In this document: piece after piece, positions 15,024 through 32,799 of the stretch | How positions within the stretch are numbered: position 1 is the first letter of the stretch | How the letters are laid out: every line of letters begins with the position of its first letter | Origin: the human T2T-CHM13v2.0 reference genome, Homo sapiens | Direction: 5' to 3' (one strand) | DNA length: 64,000 bases | Assembly (NCBI RefSeq): GCF_009914755.1 | Contig: NC_060933.1 | Made by a program: the position numbers and the translations under genes | The notes under the pieces: generated by a model | Told to the model about the DNA's origin: nothing | Seen by the model: the letters and a program-made list of their open reading frames with translations, nothing else | Databases searched by the model: none

Positions 15024-16495
15024 CCAATGAGATTAACAGCAGATAGAGGCTACAACAGATAGACTACACAAAACTAGTGAACTCAAAGATTCATCAACAA
15101 CTAATCAAAGTAAAATACAGAAAGAAAACAGATGAAACAAATAATCAAAGTAAACAAGACATGAGTGAGCTACAGGGCAACTTCCAGCTGCCTATTATAT
15201 TTGTAAAGACCATAAGGAGAAAGGGGACAAATTTTTTTTTGAAAATATAAAGAATTAAAATATTGTAAATATGATGAAACCCATAAACTCATGCATTTGA
15301 GAGGTCAACACACTCCAGATAAAAAACATGAAAAAAACTACACCAGGGCATATCATAAACAAATCACTTAAAAGTAGTAATTTTAGAAATCTTAATTAAA
15401 AGCCACCAAAGATAAAAGACATGTTACATGCAGGGAAACAAAGGTAAGGAAGACAGATTTCTCATCAGAAACAGCTGGCGCCAGAAGATGTTGAAGTAAT
15501 ATATTTAGAGTACTGAAAGAAAAGAAGTTAAGTGTATAATTCTATATGTGGCAAAAACTCCTACAAATGGAGGCAAAATAAAAACTTTCTCAAATAAACT
15601 ATAGATGAAAGCATTCATCACCATTGGAACTGCACCTTAAAAAGTATTAGAAAAATTCCTTCAGGAAAATGTAAAATGATACCAAATGAAAGTATGGATC
15701 TGCAAAAAAGAAGTTAGCAATGGTAACCATGTGGGTAAATCTAATTTTAAATAAAATGTTTAAATTTCTTTAAAAGATTATTAATGAAATATTCACCAAG
15801 AAAAGCCATATTCTGGGTCATGAAATAACTGTTAATAGGTTCAAGATAATTGAAATCACACAGAATATTTTCTTTGATTCTAATGAATGCAGAAGCAGAT
15901 TTAAAGAAAAATATATTACCTCACAAGTAGGATTCATTACAAAAATGCAAGTCGTCTTCAACATACAATAATCAATGTAAATTATACTGGAAAATTAATA
16001 TGAAAAACATGTTTATATCAATAGTTGCAGAAAAGCATTTGACAAAGTTGAATAACAAGTCAGCATAAGTAGGAATAAAAGGGAACTTCCTTACACCATT
16101 AAAAGATAAATACAAAATACCTTCGACTAACATCATACTTAATGGCGAGAGACTGAACACTTGCTCTATAAGATAGAGGATAAGTTAATGACGTCCTCTC
16201 TCACCACTCCTATTCAACATCATACTGGAAATCTTAGCTAGTAAAATAAATTTTACAAAGGAAAGAAAAGGTATACTAATTAGAAAGTAGGAAATAAAGC
16301 TGTTTTTATTTGCAAATGACATGATTGTCCTTGTAGAAACTGCCTACAAAACACTCCAAAAAAAAATCCTAGGCTAATAAATGAAGTTAGGAATGTCTCA
16401 GGAGTTAAGCTGAATACACATGAGTCAATTGCTTTCCTATATAACAGCAATAAAAAAGTTGAAGTAAAAATACCACTTTTAATTGAAATAAAGCA

Positions 16496-16777
<282 letters not shown>

Positions 16778-16937
16778 ATATTTACTATATTTACATATAT
16801 ATCTTATATATGGTATTTATATATGACACATATCATATATATCATATATATCATTTACATATCATATATATTTATATATATATCATTTATATATCATATA
16901 TATCATTTATATATCACATATATATCATTTATATATA

Positions 16938-16969
<32 letters not shown>

Positions 16970-16978
16970 CATATATAT
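16778..16978. repeat. TA-rich microsatellite (TATATCA/TA)n
   Basis: About 200 bp of atatatcat-type repeats, with a pure (AT)n run near 16942-16969. Confidence 0.95.
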
Positions 16979-16979
16979 G

Positions 16980-17307
16980 GATCAGCAGACGCCACCCATA
17001 GCTCAACTAGTTCTGCTATCGCACCCAGGAAAAGAAGACATTAAGAAAACCTAACTTCAACCACCTATGATTCCATCTCCAACCTGACCAATTAGCACTC
17101 CCTACTTCCCAAGCCCCTACTCACCAAATTATCTTCAAAAACTCTGTTCCTGGAATGCTCGGGAGACTGATTTGGGTAATAACAAAACTCTAGTCTCCTG
17201 CATAGCTGGCTCTGAATAAATTCACTCTTTCTCCATTGCAATTCCTCTGTCGCGATAAATTGGTTCTGTCTAGGCAGTGGGCGAGGTGAACCCATTGGGC
17301 TGTTACA
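16980..17307 (+). mobile_element. LTR8 (ERV1) 3' half
   Basis: gaatgctcggggagactgatttgg...ctgtctaggcagtgggcgaggtgaacccattgggctgttaca terminus. Confidence 0.85.
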
Positions 17308-17695
17308 AATGAACAAATGACTAAATAAACAAATGGCATCCAAATGAGAAAGAAAGTGGTATGAGTATCTCAATTTTTAGATGGAATAATCTATACATAC
17401 AAATTCCAAAGAATCCACAAGAAAACTACTAGAGCTAATAAACAAATTCAGGAAAATTCCAGAGTACAAGATCAACACAGAAAAAATAGCTGTGATTTTA
17501 TATACCAAAATAAACAATTAAAACAAGTTTTAGGTAGTTTAATTTGCAATGACATGTAAAAGAATAAAATATATAGGAATAAATTTAACAAAGTTGATAA
17601 AAGACTTGTACAATGAAAATACAAAATGTTGCATAAAGAATTTTAAACTAAGTAAGTGGAAAAATACACTGTTTCATGGTTAGGAAGAGTTAACA
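17308..17695 (+). mobile_element. Old L1M ORF2 fragment (continues 23717-23855 after the L1PA2)
   Basis: aaaactactagagctaataaacaaattcagg; continuity across the L1PA2 TSD (gagttaacattgttaagatttcaatgctacc). Confidence 0.8.
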
Positions 17696-17912
17696 TTTTT
17701 TTTTTTTATTATACTTTAAGTTTTAGGTTACATGTGCACATTGTGCAGGTTAGTTACATATGTATACATGTGCCATGCTGGTGCGCTGCACCCACTAACA
17801 CGTCATCTAGCGTTAGGTATATCTCCCGATGCTATCCCTCCCCCCTCCCCCAACCCCAAAACAGTCCCCAGAGTGTGATATTCCCCTTCCTGTGTCCATG
17901 TGATCTCATTGT

Positions 17913-21738
<3,826 letters not shown>

Positions 21739-21801
21739 TATGATGTTAGCTGGTGATTTTGCTCGTTAGTTGATGCAGTTTCTTCCTCGTCTCGATGGTC
21801 T

Positions 21802-22813
21802 TTACATTTTGGCATGATTTTGCAGCGGCTGGTACTGGTTGTTCCTTTCCATGTTTAGTGCTTCCTTCAGGAGCTCTTTTAGGGCAGGCTTGGTGGTGAC
21901 AAAATCTCTCAGCATTTGCTTGTCTGTAAAGTATTTTATTTCTCCTTCACTTAGGAAGCTTAGTTTGGCTGGATATGAAATTCTGGGTTGAAAATTCTTT
22001 TCTTTAAGAATGTTGAATATTGGCCCCCACTCTCTTCTGGCTTGTAGGGTTTCTGCCAAGAGATCTGCTGTTAGTCTGATGGGCTTCCCTTTGAGGGTAA
22101 CCCGACCTTTCTCTCTGGCTGCCCTTAACATTTTTTCCTTCATTTCAACTTTGGTGAATCTGACAATTATGTGTCTTGGAGTTGCTCTTCTTGAGGAGTA
22201 TCTTTGTGGAGTTCTCTGTATTTCCTGAATCTGAATGGTGGCCTGCCTTGCTAGATTGGGGAAGTTCTCCTGGATAATATCCTGCAGAGTGTTTTCCAAC
22301 TTGGTTCCATTCTCCCCATCACTTTCAGGTACACCAATCAGACGTAGATCTGGTCTTTTCACATAGTCCCATATTTCTTGGAGGCCTTGCTCATTTCTTT
22401 TTATTCTTTTTTCTCTAAACTTCCCTTCTCGCTTCATTTCATTCATTTCATCTTCCATTGCTGATACCCTTTCTTCCAGTTGATCGCATCAGCTCCTGAG
22501 GCTTCTGCATTCTTCACGTAGTTCTCGAGCCTTGGTTTTCAGCTCCATCAGCTCCTTTAAGCACTTCTCTGTATTGGTTATTCTAGTTATACATTCTAAA
22601 TTTTTTTCAAAGTTTTCAACTTCTTTGCCTTTGGTTTGAATGTCCTTCCGTAGCTCAGAGTAATTTGATCGTCTGAAGCCTTCTTCTCTCAGCTAATCAA
22701 AGTCATTCTCCATCCAGCTTTGTTCCGTTGCTGGTAAGGAACTACGTTCATTTGGAGGAGGAGAGGTGTTCTGCTTTTTAGAGTTTCCAGTTTTTCTGTT
22801 GTTTTTTCCCCAT
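21802..22813 (-). pseudogene. L1 ORF1 (RNA-binding protein), disrupted
   Basis: ATG at 22813; 2-nt deletion near 22800 and GAG>TAG near 22695; only the C-terminal 218 aa remain open. Confidence 0.93.
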
Positions 22814-23716
22814 CTTTGTGGTTTTATCTACTTTTGGTCTTTGATGATGGTGATGTACAGATGGGTTTTTGGTGTGGATGTCCTTTCTGTTTGTTAGTTT
22901 TCCTTCTAACAGACAGGACCCTCAGCTGCAGGTCTGTTGGAGTACCCTGCCATGTGAGGTGTCAGTGTGCCCCTGCTGGGGGGTGCCTCTCAGTTAGGCT
23001 GCTTGGGAGTCAGGGGTCAGGGACCCACTTGAGGAGGCAGTCTGCCCGTTCTCAGATCTCCAGCTGCGTGCTGGGAGAACCACTGCTCTCTTCAAAGCTG
23101 TCAGACAGGGACATTTAAGTCTGCAGAGGTTACTGCTGTCTTTTGTTTGTCTGTGCCCTGCCCCCAGAGGTGGAGCCTACAGAGGCAGGCAGGCCTTCTT
23201 GAGCTGTGGTGGGCTCCACCCAGTTCCAGCTTCCAGGCTGCTTTGTTTACCTAATCAAGGCTGGGCAATGGCGGGCGCCCCTCCCCCAGTCTGGCTGCCG
23301 CCTGGCAGTTTGATCTCAGACTGCTGTGCTAGCAATCAGCGAGACTCCGTGGGCGTAGGACCCTCCGAGCCAGGTGCCGGATATAATCTCTTGGTGAGCC
23401 GTTTTTTAAGCCCGTCGGAAAAGCGCAGTATTCGGGTGGGAGTGACCCGATTTTCCAGGTGCCGTCCGTCACCCCTTTCTTTGACTAGGAAAGGGAACTC
23501 CCTGACCCCTTGCGCTTCCCAAGTGAGGCAATGCCTCGCCCTGCTTCGGCTCGTGCACGGTGCACGCACCCACTGACCTGCGCCCACTGGCACTCCCTAG
23601 TGAGATGAACCCGGTACCTCAGATAGAAATGCAGAAATCACCTGTCTTCTGCGTCGCTCACGCTGGGAGCTGTAGACTGGAGCTGTTCCTATTGGGCCAT
23701 CTTGGCTCCTCCCCCC
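22814..23716. promoter_or_regulatory. L1 5'UTR: CpG-rich sense promoter and antisense promoter; intact YY1 site
   Basis: Densest CpG stretch in the window; YY1 motif AAGATGGCC (minus) at 23695-23703. Confidence 0.85.
23268..23576 (+). CDS. L1 ORF0 (antisense ORF), open, 102 aa
   Basis: MAGAPPPVWLPPGSLISDCCASNQRDSVGVGPSEPG... matches the primate L1 ORF0 N-terminus; Kozak-like gcaATGG; expression not shown. Confidence 0.65.
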   Translation: MAGAPPPVWLPPGSLISDCCASNQRDSVGVGPSEPGAGYNLLVSRFLSPSEKRSIRVGVTRFSRCRPSPLSLTRKGNSLTPCASQVRQCLALLRLVHGARTH

Positions 23717-23854
23717 GAGTTAACATTGTTAAGATTTCAATGCTACCGAAAGTAATCTGCAGAATTAATCCAATCCCTATCAAAATCACAACAAGGCTGT
23801 TTTTGCAGAAATGAATAATCTATCCTCAAATTCATATGAGATCGCAGTGGACCT

Positions 23855-23928
23855 GCTATGGTGTGAAAGTGTCCCCTCTAAAACTTAGGTGTTGCCAATG
23901 TGATAATTTTAAGAAGTGGGGCCTCTTA
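23855..23928 (+). mobile_element. MaLR (MSTC/D or MLT1A-like) LTR 5' fragment
   Basis: tgctatggtgtgaaagtgtcccctctaaaac...aagaagtggggcc. Confidence 0.6.
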
Positions 23929-23929
23929 A

Positions 23930-24870
23930 TTCCTTGTTTGATAATTGTGTTTGATAATTTGTGTTTACATGGTGTTTGGGTCTGTTGATTGTCTTTTCAC
24001 ATTTGAGTTCAGATTTTCCCGATTATTGGTACATCGAGTAATTTTGAACTGCATATGGTAGATTATAAGTATGTCATGAGACTCTCTTTTCCATTTAAAT
24101 ATTCTATCAGGCAGTCGACAGAACACACATCATGATTACTTTAGTAGGTTAGTAGATTGTTCAAATGGAAGTTTAGTTTTTCAAACCTTTGCCATGTTAT
24201 TCTAGTCTGTCCATTTGCAGTCTACCCAGGCTGTAATCTGAAATCTGAGTAGTATTCCACACTGGAGTTGAGTTATCAAACCTTTGCTATGCTGTTTCTG
24301 GCTTTCACAAATGGGCTGCTTAGAGTTTGGCTCAGGATTTCATACAGAGGTTTAGAAAATCACTTTATCTAACTCTGTTCTTTCCATGGTCTTTCTTCCA
24401 CTGTCTAGTTGGGAGGGAAGAGGGTGCTATTGCCTCATTATTTGGGGCAAGAATGGTGAGTCTGGCTCTGCCTATAGTCTCCAAACTGGCAGTTCCCAGT
24501 GGGGAAGGAAAGTGGTGCCACTATGACGCTGCAGAGATGGGATGGGGCCGGGCTCTGCTTTTAGTTTCCAGTGGCTTAGTGCCTGATGGGAAGGGGTAGG
24601 GCCATGACTTTTTAGACTGCTCACCTGGAATAAAGCAGGTATAGTTAGGATGTTTCTGTCTGGCTTAGATGCCCTTTTCACCATCCTTTGGCTAGAGAGG
24701 GCAGGCTTCTTGTGGGACTTTTTATCTGTGCCTATTTTTGTTTCCTGATTGCAGGCGTCTCCAACAACCAGGCTGGAATTAGAAAAAAAAAACAAAAAAC
24801 CTCAGATAACTCACTACTAGGTCATTCCTCAAGTTCTGCAGGCCCTAGCTGATTTGCCTCCTCCCCACAG
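23930..24870 (-). mobile_element. Ancient L1ME-like 5' region
   Basis: Degenerate L1ME 5'UTR-like motifs (ttggctagagagggcaggcttcttgtggg). Confidence 0.5.
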
Positions 24871-25150
24871 TGCCCATCTTTCGGCCTTATCTCAGGAACT
24901 AAATTGTCAAAATAAAAATATTTTTCTTTCTTTGGTAATTACAAAAATAATATGTTGATAAAGAGCATTAACAAATTGTTAAAATTGAATGTCTATCTCT
25001 GAAATTTTAGAAGGTAGATAATTCTTCCCATATTATATACTTTATATATATCTTCATTCTAACCATGTAACGTATTTATATTTGGGAAAAAGAAATATTA
25101 AAAATAAATGCAAATTTAAAATAGAAAAAGTGGCCTTCTACGTGAGATAA

Positions 25151-25471
<321 letters not shown>

Positions 25472-26525
25472 GAAGGCAATTATTTATGCAGGTATTTTTT
25501 ATTTCTTTTCAGGCCAACAGTGAGACACAACTTAGTTTCAATTTCTGATTTCTTAAGAATATACAAATTTTATTAACTTTTAAGATTTAATTATTAAGCC
25601 TTTATTTGCTAAAAATACAGGGTTTTGCACTTAGTAATTAATGCAGCCAATTCAGAGATTTGACTCTAAGATAAACATTAATAGCCAAAATGGAATAGTC
25701 AGTCAATATGAGTGTGTACATATAGATCTGATAGGTGTGTGTGTTCTAACTCAGTTCAACAAACGTTTATTGAATTTGCTTTATTGAATTTTAATGTAAA
25801 TGTACAAAACAAATATTTATAACCTACGCAAATAGCAATGAAACACATTTCTGCCAAAAATTATGCAAGTGATCATTGTAAAAAAATAGCTGAAAGTAAA
25901 CAGATCAGAAAACAAAGGGTGAAATTTTCATTTCTAGGAACTTGCATTAAGACAAAAGTTGCTTTTAGTCAAAGATTTTCAATATCAAAAAATGTTGAAA
26001 GTGCACATCTTAATATTAAACAGCACTAATTAGTAATAACGTATGTATTGCTTTCCATTAATGGAGCCATCCTCACCATTTAAATATAGAGGCTCATCAG
26101 CATTTCCAAATGTCCATCAAAGGACAGAAATTTGGATTATTACTATGAGCTCCTTACTAAAATAATTTGTCTTAAAACCACAATTATAATATTCAGAGGT
26201 AACTTTATCTGGCATCCTTATCTTCTCCCAGTATTAATAGGAATAATTTTTCTTTGCCTGACTTAATTTCTCATCGCAACCATTGATTAGTTTTATGGTT
26301 TCTATCTGAGAAGCAATATAAAAATATAATTTACAATGTGTTATTTCTCTTCTGTATAATTCACAATCAACAAAATGCTAATGGTATTAGCATTTGTGGT
26401 ATTTACCATTAATAAAGATTTATGCATACTTCAAACTTATTGACACCATCAGATCCATCACTCTTGAGTCGGCTGTGTTACAACTAATGTGTTTTGCATT
26501 AGCTTTGGAGCTCTACAGAACATTA

Positions 26526-26760
26526 CTAGGTGCTATATAGTTTTATGTCTATATTTAAGTCTTCAATCCATCCTAAGTTAATTTTTGTACATGGTGAATG
26601 GCAGGGGTCCGGTTTCAGTCTTCTGCATATGGCTAGTCAGTTATCCCAGCACCTTTTATTGCTTCAGGAGTACTTTCCCCATTGCTTGTTATTGTTGACT
26701 TCATTATTTGTGCAGCTTTATTTCTGGGTTCTCTATCCTGTTCCATTGGTCTATGAGCCT
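26526..26760 (-). mobile_element. L1PA/PB ORF2 fragment
   Basis: tttaagtcttcaatccatcc...cttctgcatatggctag...ctgttccattggtctat. Confidence 0.8.
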
Positions 26761-26789
26761 TTCTTTTTCTCCCTCCCTCTCAGCATGCC

Positions 26790-27210
26790 AATTTCTTTTA
26801 AAGAAGCACCTCTTATAGCCCTCTACCAGCCCTGCTTACTTACAGAAGTGGTCACAAGAGTCAGATAGGATCAACATAAGATCATTCCCAGTTTTATATA
26901 CAAAGGTTGGAGAAACAGGAAACTTTACTCTAGGATTGATGGGACCTGAGAAGGTGAGACAGGGACCCATTAGCAACCATCTTTCTTGCTATGTGGTAAC
27001 TTTTTGGCATTAAAAAAAAAAAGAAGAAGAAGAAAAAAAAGTTAGATGTAACAAGAAAAGGTTTGAGATAGAGGAAGAAGTGATCTGATATAGTTTTGAG
27101 TTTTTACAAGATCTGCTGGGAGCCAGCTTTGCTCTGGATTTTCTAGTTATTTGGACTAGCACATTCTCTTTATATTTAAGCACGTTTTGACTGGATTCCA
27201 GTCATGTATT
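26790..27210. mobile_element. Old MLT1-like LTR remnant
   Basis: gcaaccatctt and terminal ctctttatatttaagc...tggatt...gtca motifs; highly diverged. Confidence 0.4.
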
Positions 27211-27486
27211 CCTTTAGGATGTTAGGAAATCAAACTTATCATAAGGTCTGACTCAAAACAAAGGCCCACAAAATGAAATTTCTAGCATGTAATCCACTGA
27301 AATCAAACAAATTATTTTATTTTTTAGTGAGTAACAAGCAGGGCTCCTGATTTCCAAACTGAAACATAATCCCCAGGTCATAATTTTGCCTGAAGGTGTG
27401 GGTTAATAGAGCAGTGAACACCCCAGAAAAAAATTATCTCTCATATTCAAGGATAAAAATCTTTTCTTCAGAAGAAGAAACAACTT

Positions 27487-27745
27487 CAGTCAACCCTACC
27501 TACCCCTGGATTCCACATGCGTGGATTCAACTAACCATAGTTCAAAAATATTTGAAAAAGAAAAACAATTCATATAAGAAAACACAGTATAACAACTGTT
27601 TACAAGGCATGTACATTGTATTAGCTATTATAAGTAGTATAAAGATGATTTAAAGCATATCAGATGAAGCGAATATGTTATATACAAATACTATACCATT
27701 TTATATAAGGGATTTGAGCATACATAGATTTTGGTATCCTCAGGT
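27487..27745. mobile_element. MER2 (TcMar-Tigger) fragment
   Basis: ggattccacatgcgtggattcaactaacc...atactataccattttatataagggatttgagcat...gattttggtatcc. Confidence 0.85.
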
Positions 27746-28327
27746 TACCAAACTAGCTAGGAAATCTATGCCACGACAAGAGCAAGTTCTTATTATTACC
27801 ACCCCACAATGTGCTTTTTCTCCTTTCCTTTACCCAATGGTAGGAACTTAACTGCTGATTTCCTCCTTTCTCTTTACTATTGTATATTACTCATCTAGGC
27901 ATGGTTACATTTTTCATCATAATCCAGGTTTATGATCATGAATAGCCACATTCAGGCCAAAGCACATTTACCAAAAATAGTGAATTATGGTCTGGATGGA
28001 AAAATGGACATGATTTGGATTATTTCCTTCTAAGAAGGAAGAATATGTTCAGTATTATTTGAAATAGTTGCATTATGACAGGCAGAAATATCTTTAAAAG
28101 GAAAAACAAAACTCTTATATAGAGAGAGAAAAAAAATGGTACATATAATTTGGGCAACCAAGGTAGGAAATGGATTTACTTTGAGAAAGTGTTCCACTTT
28201 CTTGCAACTTAAATCATGGAATGATAGATAGTTAAGGATTATCAGTATTCTAATTGGCTTAAGATCAAGCCTGTCATCTTGTAACAAAACTTCAGCTACT
28301 AAAAAGTTTACCAAAAAAAAAAAATGT

Positions 28328-28707
28328 TGATATAGTTTGGATATGTGTCCTCTCTAAATCTCATGCTGAAGCATAATCTCCAATGTTGAAGGTGGGGCCT
28401 AGTGGGCAATGTTTTGGATCCCATATGGCCTGGCATTGTCCTCACCCCAGTGAGTGAGTTCTCACGAGATCTGGCTGTTTAAGAATGTGTGGCATCTTGC
28501 TCCCACTCTTGCCATGTGATCTACCGCCTTCCCCTTTGCTTTCTGTCACAATTGTTAGCTTCCTGAGGCCTTGTCAGAAGCCGAGAAGATGCTTGGTACC
28601 ATGCTTCCTGTATATCCTACAAAACCATAAGCCATTAAACCTCCCTTGTTTATAAATTATTCAGTCTCAGGTATTTCTTTATAGCAATGCAAGAACAGCC
28701 TAGTACA
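28328..28707 (+). mobile_element. MSTB-like solo LTR
   Basis: tgatatagtttggatatgtgtcc...gtctcaggtatttctttatagcaatgcaagaacagcctagtaca; TSD aatgt/catgt. Confidence 0.9.
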
Positions 28708-29058
28708 CATGTATTGCCTAAGTCTTCAAATATGAATGTGTGCTTAGTACAATGCCTCACAACTAGAAATCTCTTGGTAAATATTTATTGAGTAACTGGC
28801 CAATCATCTTGTGAGTGGAGTTCAGGCATATTTTAATAAATGTTAGCGTCATGATTATTCATTCATTTATTTAACATGCATAGAGTCTTATTCAATTCTT
28901 TAGGTTTCAGAGATAAAGAGAGAAATAACATACTTTGTCTTTAAGATCTGGGAAGTCGAAGAGTAAGATATACAAACGCATTTTGCAATATACAGCATTA
29001 AGTGGATTAATACAGATAGGAACAGAGTGTGATAGGATCATGTTTTACAAAGAACAAT

Positions 29059-29481
29059 TGTTTTAGTTTCCTCTGGCTGTTGTAACAAAATATCAAAATT
29101 TTAGAGGCTTAAAATAATATAAATGTATTCTTTTACACTGCTGAATGTCAGAGTCTGAAATCAAGGTGTTAGCAGGGATGCATTCTTCTGCAGGCTTTGG
29201 GGAAGAATTCATTTCCTTGTTTTCTCCATATTTTAGACCCATCTGCATTCCTCAACTCATGGCCTCTTCCTTATACCACTCTCACTTTTTGTTTCTATTG
29301 TCACATCTTCTTCTATTGTTGCATTTGGCTCATGCAGCTAACCTAGGATAATATCACCATCTCCAGATCCTTAACTTAATCACTTCCGCAAAGTCTGTTT
29401 TACCATGGAAGACAACATATTCACAGGATCTAGGGTACAGGACATAGCCATTCTTGGGGTGCCATTATTCAGGCCACCACA
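29059..29481 (-). mobile_element. MLT1C/D solo LTR
   Basis: tgttttagtttcct...gtctgaaatcaaggtgttagcaggg...gccattattcaggccaccaca. Confidence 0.85.
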
Positions 29482-29499
29482 GCACTTAACTGTATTTTA

Positions 29500-29620
29500 T
29501 TCTAGATTCAGCTAATAATAAGCTATGTGACCTGGAGTATGACATGTTACGTTACTGGGCCTCAATTTCCTGAACTGTAAAAGTAAGAGGCAGGTGAATA
29601 TGATCCATAAATTATTTCAT
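29500..29620. mobile_element. MIR fragment
   Basis: agctatgtgacctgg...gggcctcaatttcctgaactgtaaaa core. Confidence 0.6.
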
Positions 29621-32499
29621 CTCTATCTTTTTATGTTTTGCAGGCATAGCATCAAGGGCCATAGCATATGATGTTGAAGGTCTGACTTCTGAAATACAAA
29701 AGCATAGTCCTACAAGAAATCATTCTTGTCAATTAGGGTTCCTTCAGCTTGGAAGCAATTGTTGATGTTCTACTACACCATATCAATATACATTTCCCTT
29801 GAATATATCTATACAGCTCTTCCCTTATAAAGAAAGCAAAAAAAAAATGACTTCTATTCTCTCTGTCTTCCCTTGATGACAGCTCTTGTCTTTCTAGAAA
29901 TATCTAGAAAGTTCTGAGGAATATTTGAAATGGTTTCCATCACCTTGTCTGTAGCTAAGATAGAAAGTGGGTTAGAGTTGTTGCTCTAATTTACATCTAT
30001 GATCCATCTTTACCTTTTGTGGTCCTTTCATTTACTCCAGGGTAAGTTATCTAAGAATAATTAATTAACATAAATTCAAGTTTTCTCTGACTTTTTTCTC
30101 TTATTTTATTAGATATGCCTTTAGAAATATAATGAATAAAAAAATAGTGCCTAATAATCTTATTTGAGTCCCAAATAGTGATAGATAGCTCTGTATTTCT
30201 TAGAACCCATGACAGCATTGCATATGACATTTCTTTCTAGGTCTTTCCAGAAAACAATTTGAAATTAAAATATTTCATATCTTCATTTTATTGGTGAACA
30301 TATATTTGTGTCAGTGTTAGACTTTTTTCACCAACTGTGTAGAAGTTTAATGTTTCAGAGAGAAGATAAAATAATTTTTTTAAAAAGTCTGGACCCTCCA
30401 AGAAACTTTAGGAATTTAACAAGGTGTCACTGACACATCAGTTAATAGGACAGGGACTCCAAAACTCATCCTTGTAGCTCTACATGTGGTCTCTATACTT
30501 TCTCAGGAGCTAATCTTGATTAGGTATACGAGAATCTGCTCCTTCCTCTTAGAAGTTTCAGACAAGGTTTTCAATCAGGGTAGGTTTTTTATATCTAACT
30601 CTCTGCACACATGTGTTAAGCCTTCTCCTGTCACACCCTATGTCAATCCTACATTAATATGCATTTTACTCCAGTATTAAAATACCTGCTTAAAAAGTGA
30701 TACCTTCAGTAGACAGGGACAGGTATCACTTAAAATTCTGGTTTTCACACCTACAAGTGGGTGGCCTTGATCAAAACACATGACCTTTCTGGACATCAGT
30801 TTTCTCACCCATAAAATGAGATTAGAATAATGAACTTTGAAGAGACTCCTGGTTCTGAAATTCAAGGACTCAATTTCCTACCCTTTTAAATTACTTACTT
30901 TGCCAGCTTAATTGCCTGTCTAGTTATAGAATTCTCTGAATTTATCACCCTTTTCAGTTCCATTGAGAAGACTACATCATCATTTTTGAATAGCATACTG
31001 CTTCCACTTACGTAAGTTCAAAGGTGAGAGAAAGTGGTTACATCCTTGAAATTTAGGGAGCAAATACCAGATTGTAGATCTTAATCTGAAACTCTATTTT
31101 TTTAAACACACAGAGAAGATACCTGATACATTAGTTAAAATACCAGTAATCAGTTCCTTTTATCCAGGGGTATAAGCAGTTAAGTGGAGAAAAATTGAAT
31201 TTCTTCTCTTTTATTTTCATATGAAGAGGCATATTTCAATAATCTTACATAGACCTATCACCATGGGTCCTGTGTTTTAATTGCCACTGCATTTCTAGGA
31301 CTTAGCAGTAAGTATCTAGATCAAACAGGCAATCACTGAACGCTGAATAAAACAGATGTCAATAGATTTGCAAGATAAAGAGCTAGGAAAAACCAGGATA
31401 TTTTGTTACAAAATTATCTAACTCTTATGAGTGCTAGATACATAAATTTAAAACTATAAAAGTCTTAAAAGTATTCTACTCTAAATTCCTCCCTTTGCAC
31501 AAGAGGGAGCTGAAGTAGGGGTAAATAGAATGCTGTCACAAAGATACACATTTAATAGAAGCACTTGAATTAAAATCCAGGTCTCCTGCTACCCACCTGT
31601 GTCTTTTGTCTAGATTTATTATTCCAATGTCTTGCTTTTCTCAGAAATTAAATGGCGTGGTATTTACACAGAAAACCTCAGCATCGTGATCTAAGTCTCT
31701 TGTGCTCTTTTCTCCTCTTTTTTGCTCCCTCTTATCTGCCTTCTCTCTTTCTTATCTAGGTAGTCTCACTCTCCTTATCAGAGGACTGGGGCACTGTTTC
31801 TTGACATGTAATTTACATCTAATGAAAGCCTGGAGTTACTCTATCAAACCTTCCTCCTCATCTTATAGATAAGAGCTACCAATCAGGATAAGGCTTTAGT
31901 TCTTACCTTGTACTATTAAAGTTTACCTCTGATTACTAACTTCAAATATTTTATTACATTTGCATATTTGCTGCTACAGATAAAATGCAATGGTGAGGTA
32001 TTCCTGAGCATCACAATTGATAAGTCTGTTTTGAGAACTGAATTAAAAATATTTTGCTTCTCTCCCTGATTAAAATTATCTAAGAAACTATTTTCACTGA
32101 ATTTTGCTTTTTCTATTGGAAAAATATTAAGAAATTAAATTTTATCTTTTAATCAAATTATTTTCCTGTGATTGGGATATTTTTTTCTACTGCAGTTTCA
32201 TGATAATGATTTTACAATAACTCCAGAAGTAAACATTATGTAACACAAGCACCATGCAATTGTATAGAATCTAAACATAATAATTAAATTACTTATTCAC
32301 AAATTATATGTGAATTTAATATTCTGCAAGTTATACTTTTTTCACTCTGCTTTGATTATAAAGTTGTATTTTTCACTGAAAAATAATTGTTAAAATTAAA
32401 AAAATTAATGTTCTGTTCATTTATTGTGAGGATATATTTTAAAGATGAATTGATGAAACCCAAAGGTGAATTTTGCCTGTCTTATCTAACACTTGGGTA

Positions 32500-32682
32500 C
32501 AGGTCATGCTTCCTAGACATGTAACTCTGCAGTCACACAAAGCCCTGTCCGTAGAAGGGCCCCAGTGATTGCTTGGTTTAATGCTCTGCCACCATCTTGA
32601 AATTCTTAATTTTGAACAGAGTTAATTTTTGAACAGGGAGTCCCTCATTTTTGTTTTGCACTGGGCTTCACATGAAGCCCTG
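32500..32682. mobile_element. MER91A (hAT-Tip100)
   Basis: gcagtcacacaaagccc...agaagggcccc...cttggtttaatgctctgc...tcttgaaattctt...ttttgcactgggc. Confidence 0.8.
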
Positions 32683-32799
32683 CTTGCCAGCTTGGCAGTA
32701 ACTTATATAAAAGAGATCCCATGGAATGCCAGTATGTAAAAGAAGGTAGCAGTTGCATTTGAGTCTTGGTTAATGTTCTGCAAAGCTACCCATGTTTCC

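Larger units (their letters stand above)
13522..16490 (+). mobile_element. Old L1MC/ME-type LINE-1 (5'UTR, ORF1, deleted ORF2)
   Basis: L1 start cttccagacaagatggag; ORF1 motifs (acagatttctcatcagaaac); ORF2 RT motifs (ctctctcaccactcctattcaacat, tttgcaaatgacatgatt). Confidence 0.75.

Noticed and set aside
29889-29911. Small palindromes with arms of 9 bp or less (also 32664-32681, 39380-39397)
   Set aside because: Expected by chance in 64 kb of AT-rich DNA.
31695-31765. Long polypyrimidine tract ending in TAG|gtagtc
   Set aside because: Low-complexity CT tract; no supported exon or strong donor follows.
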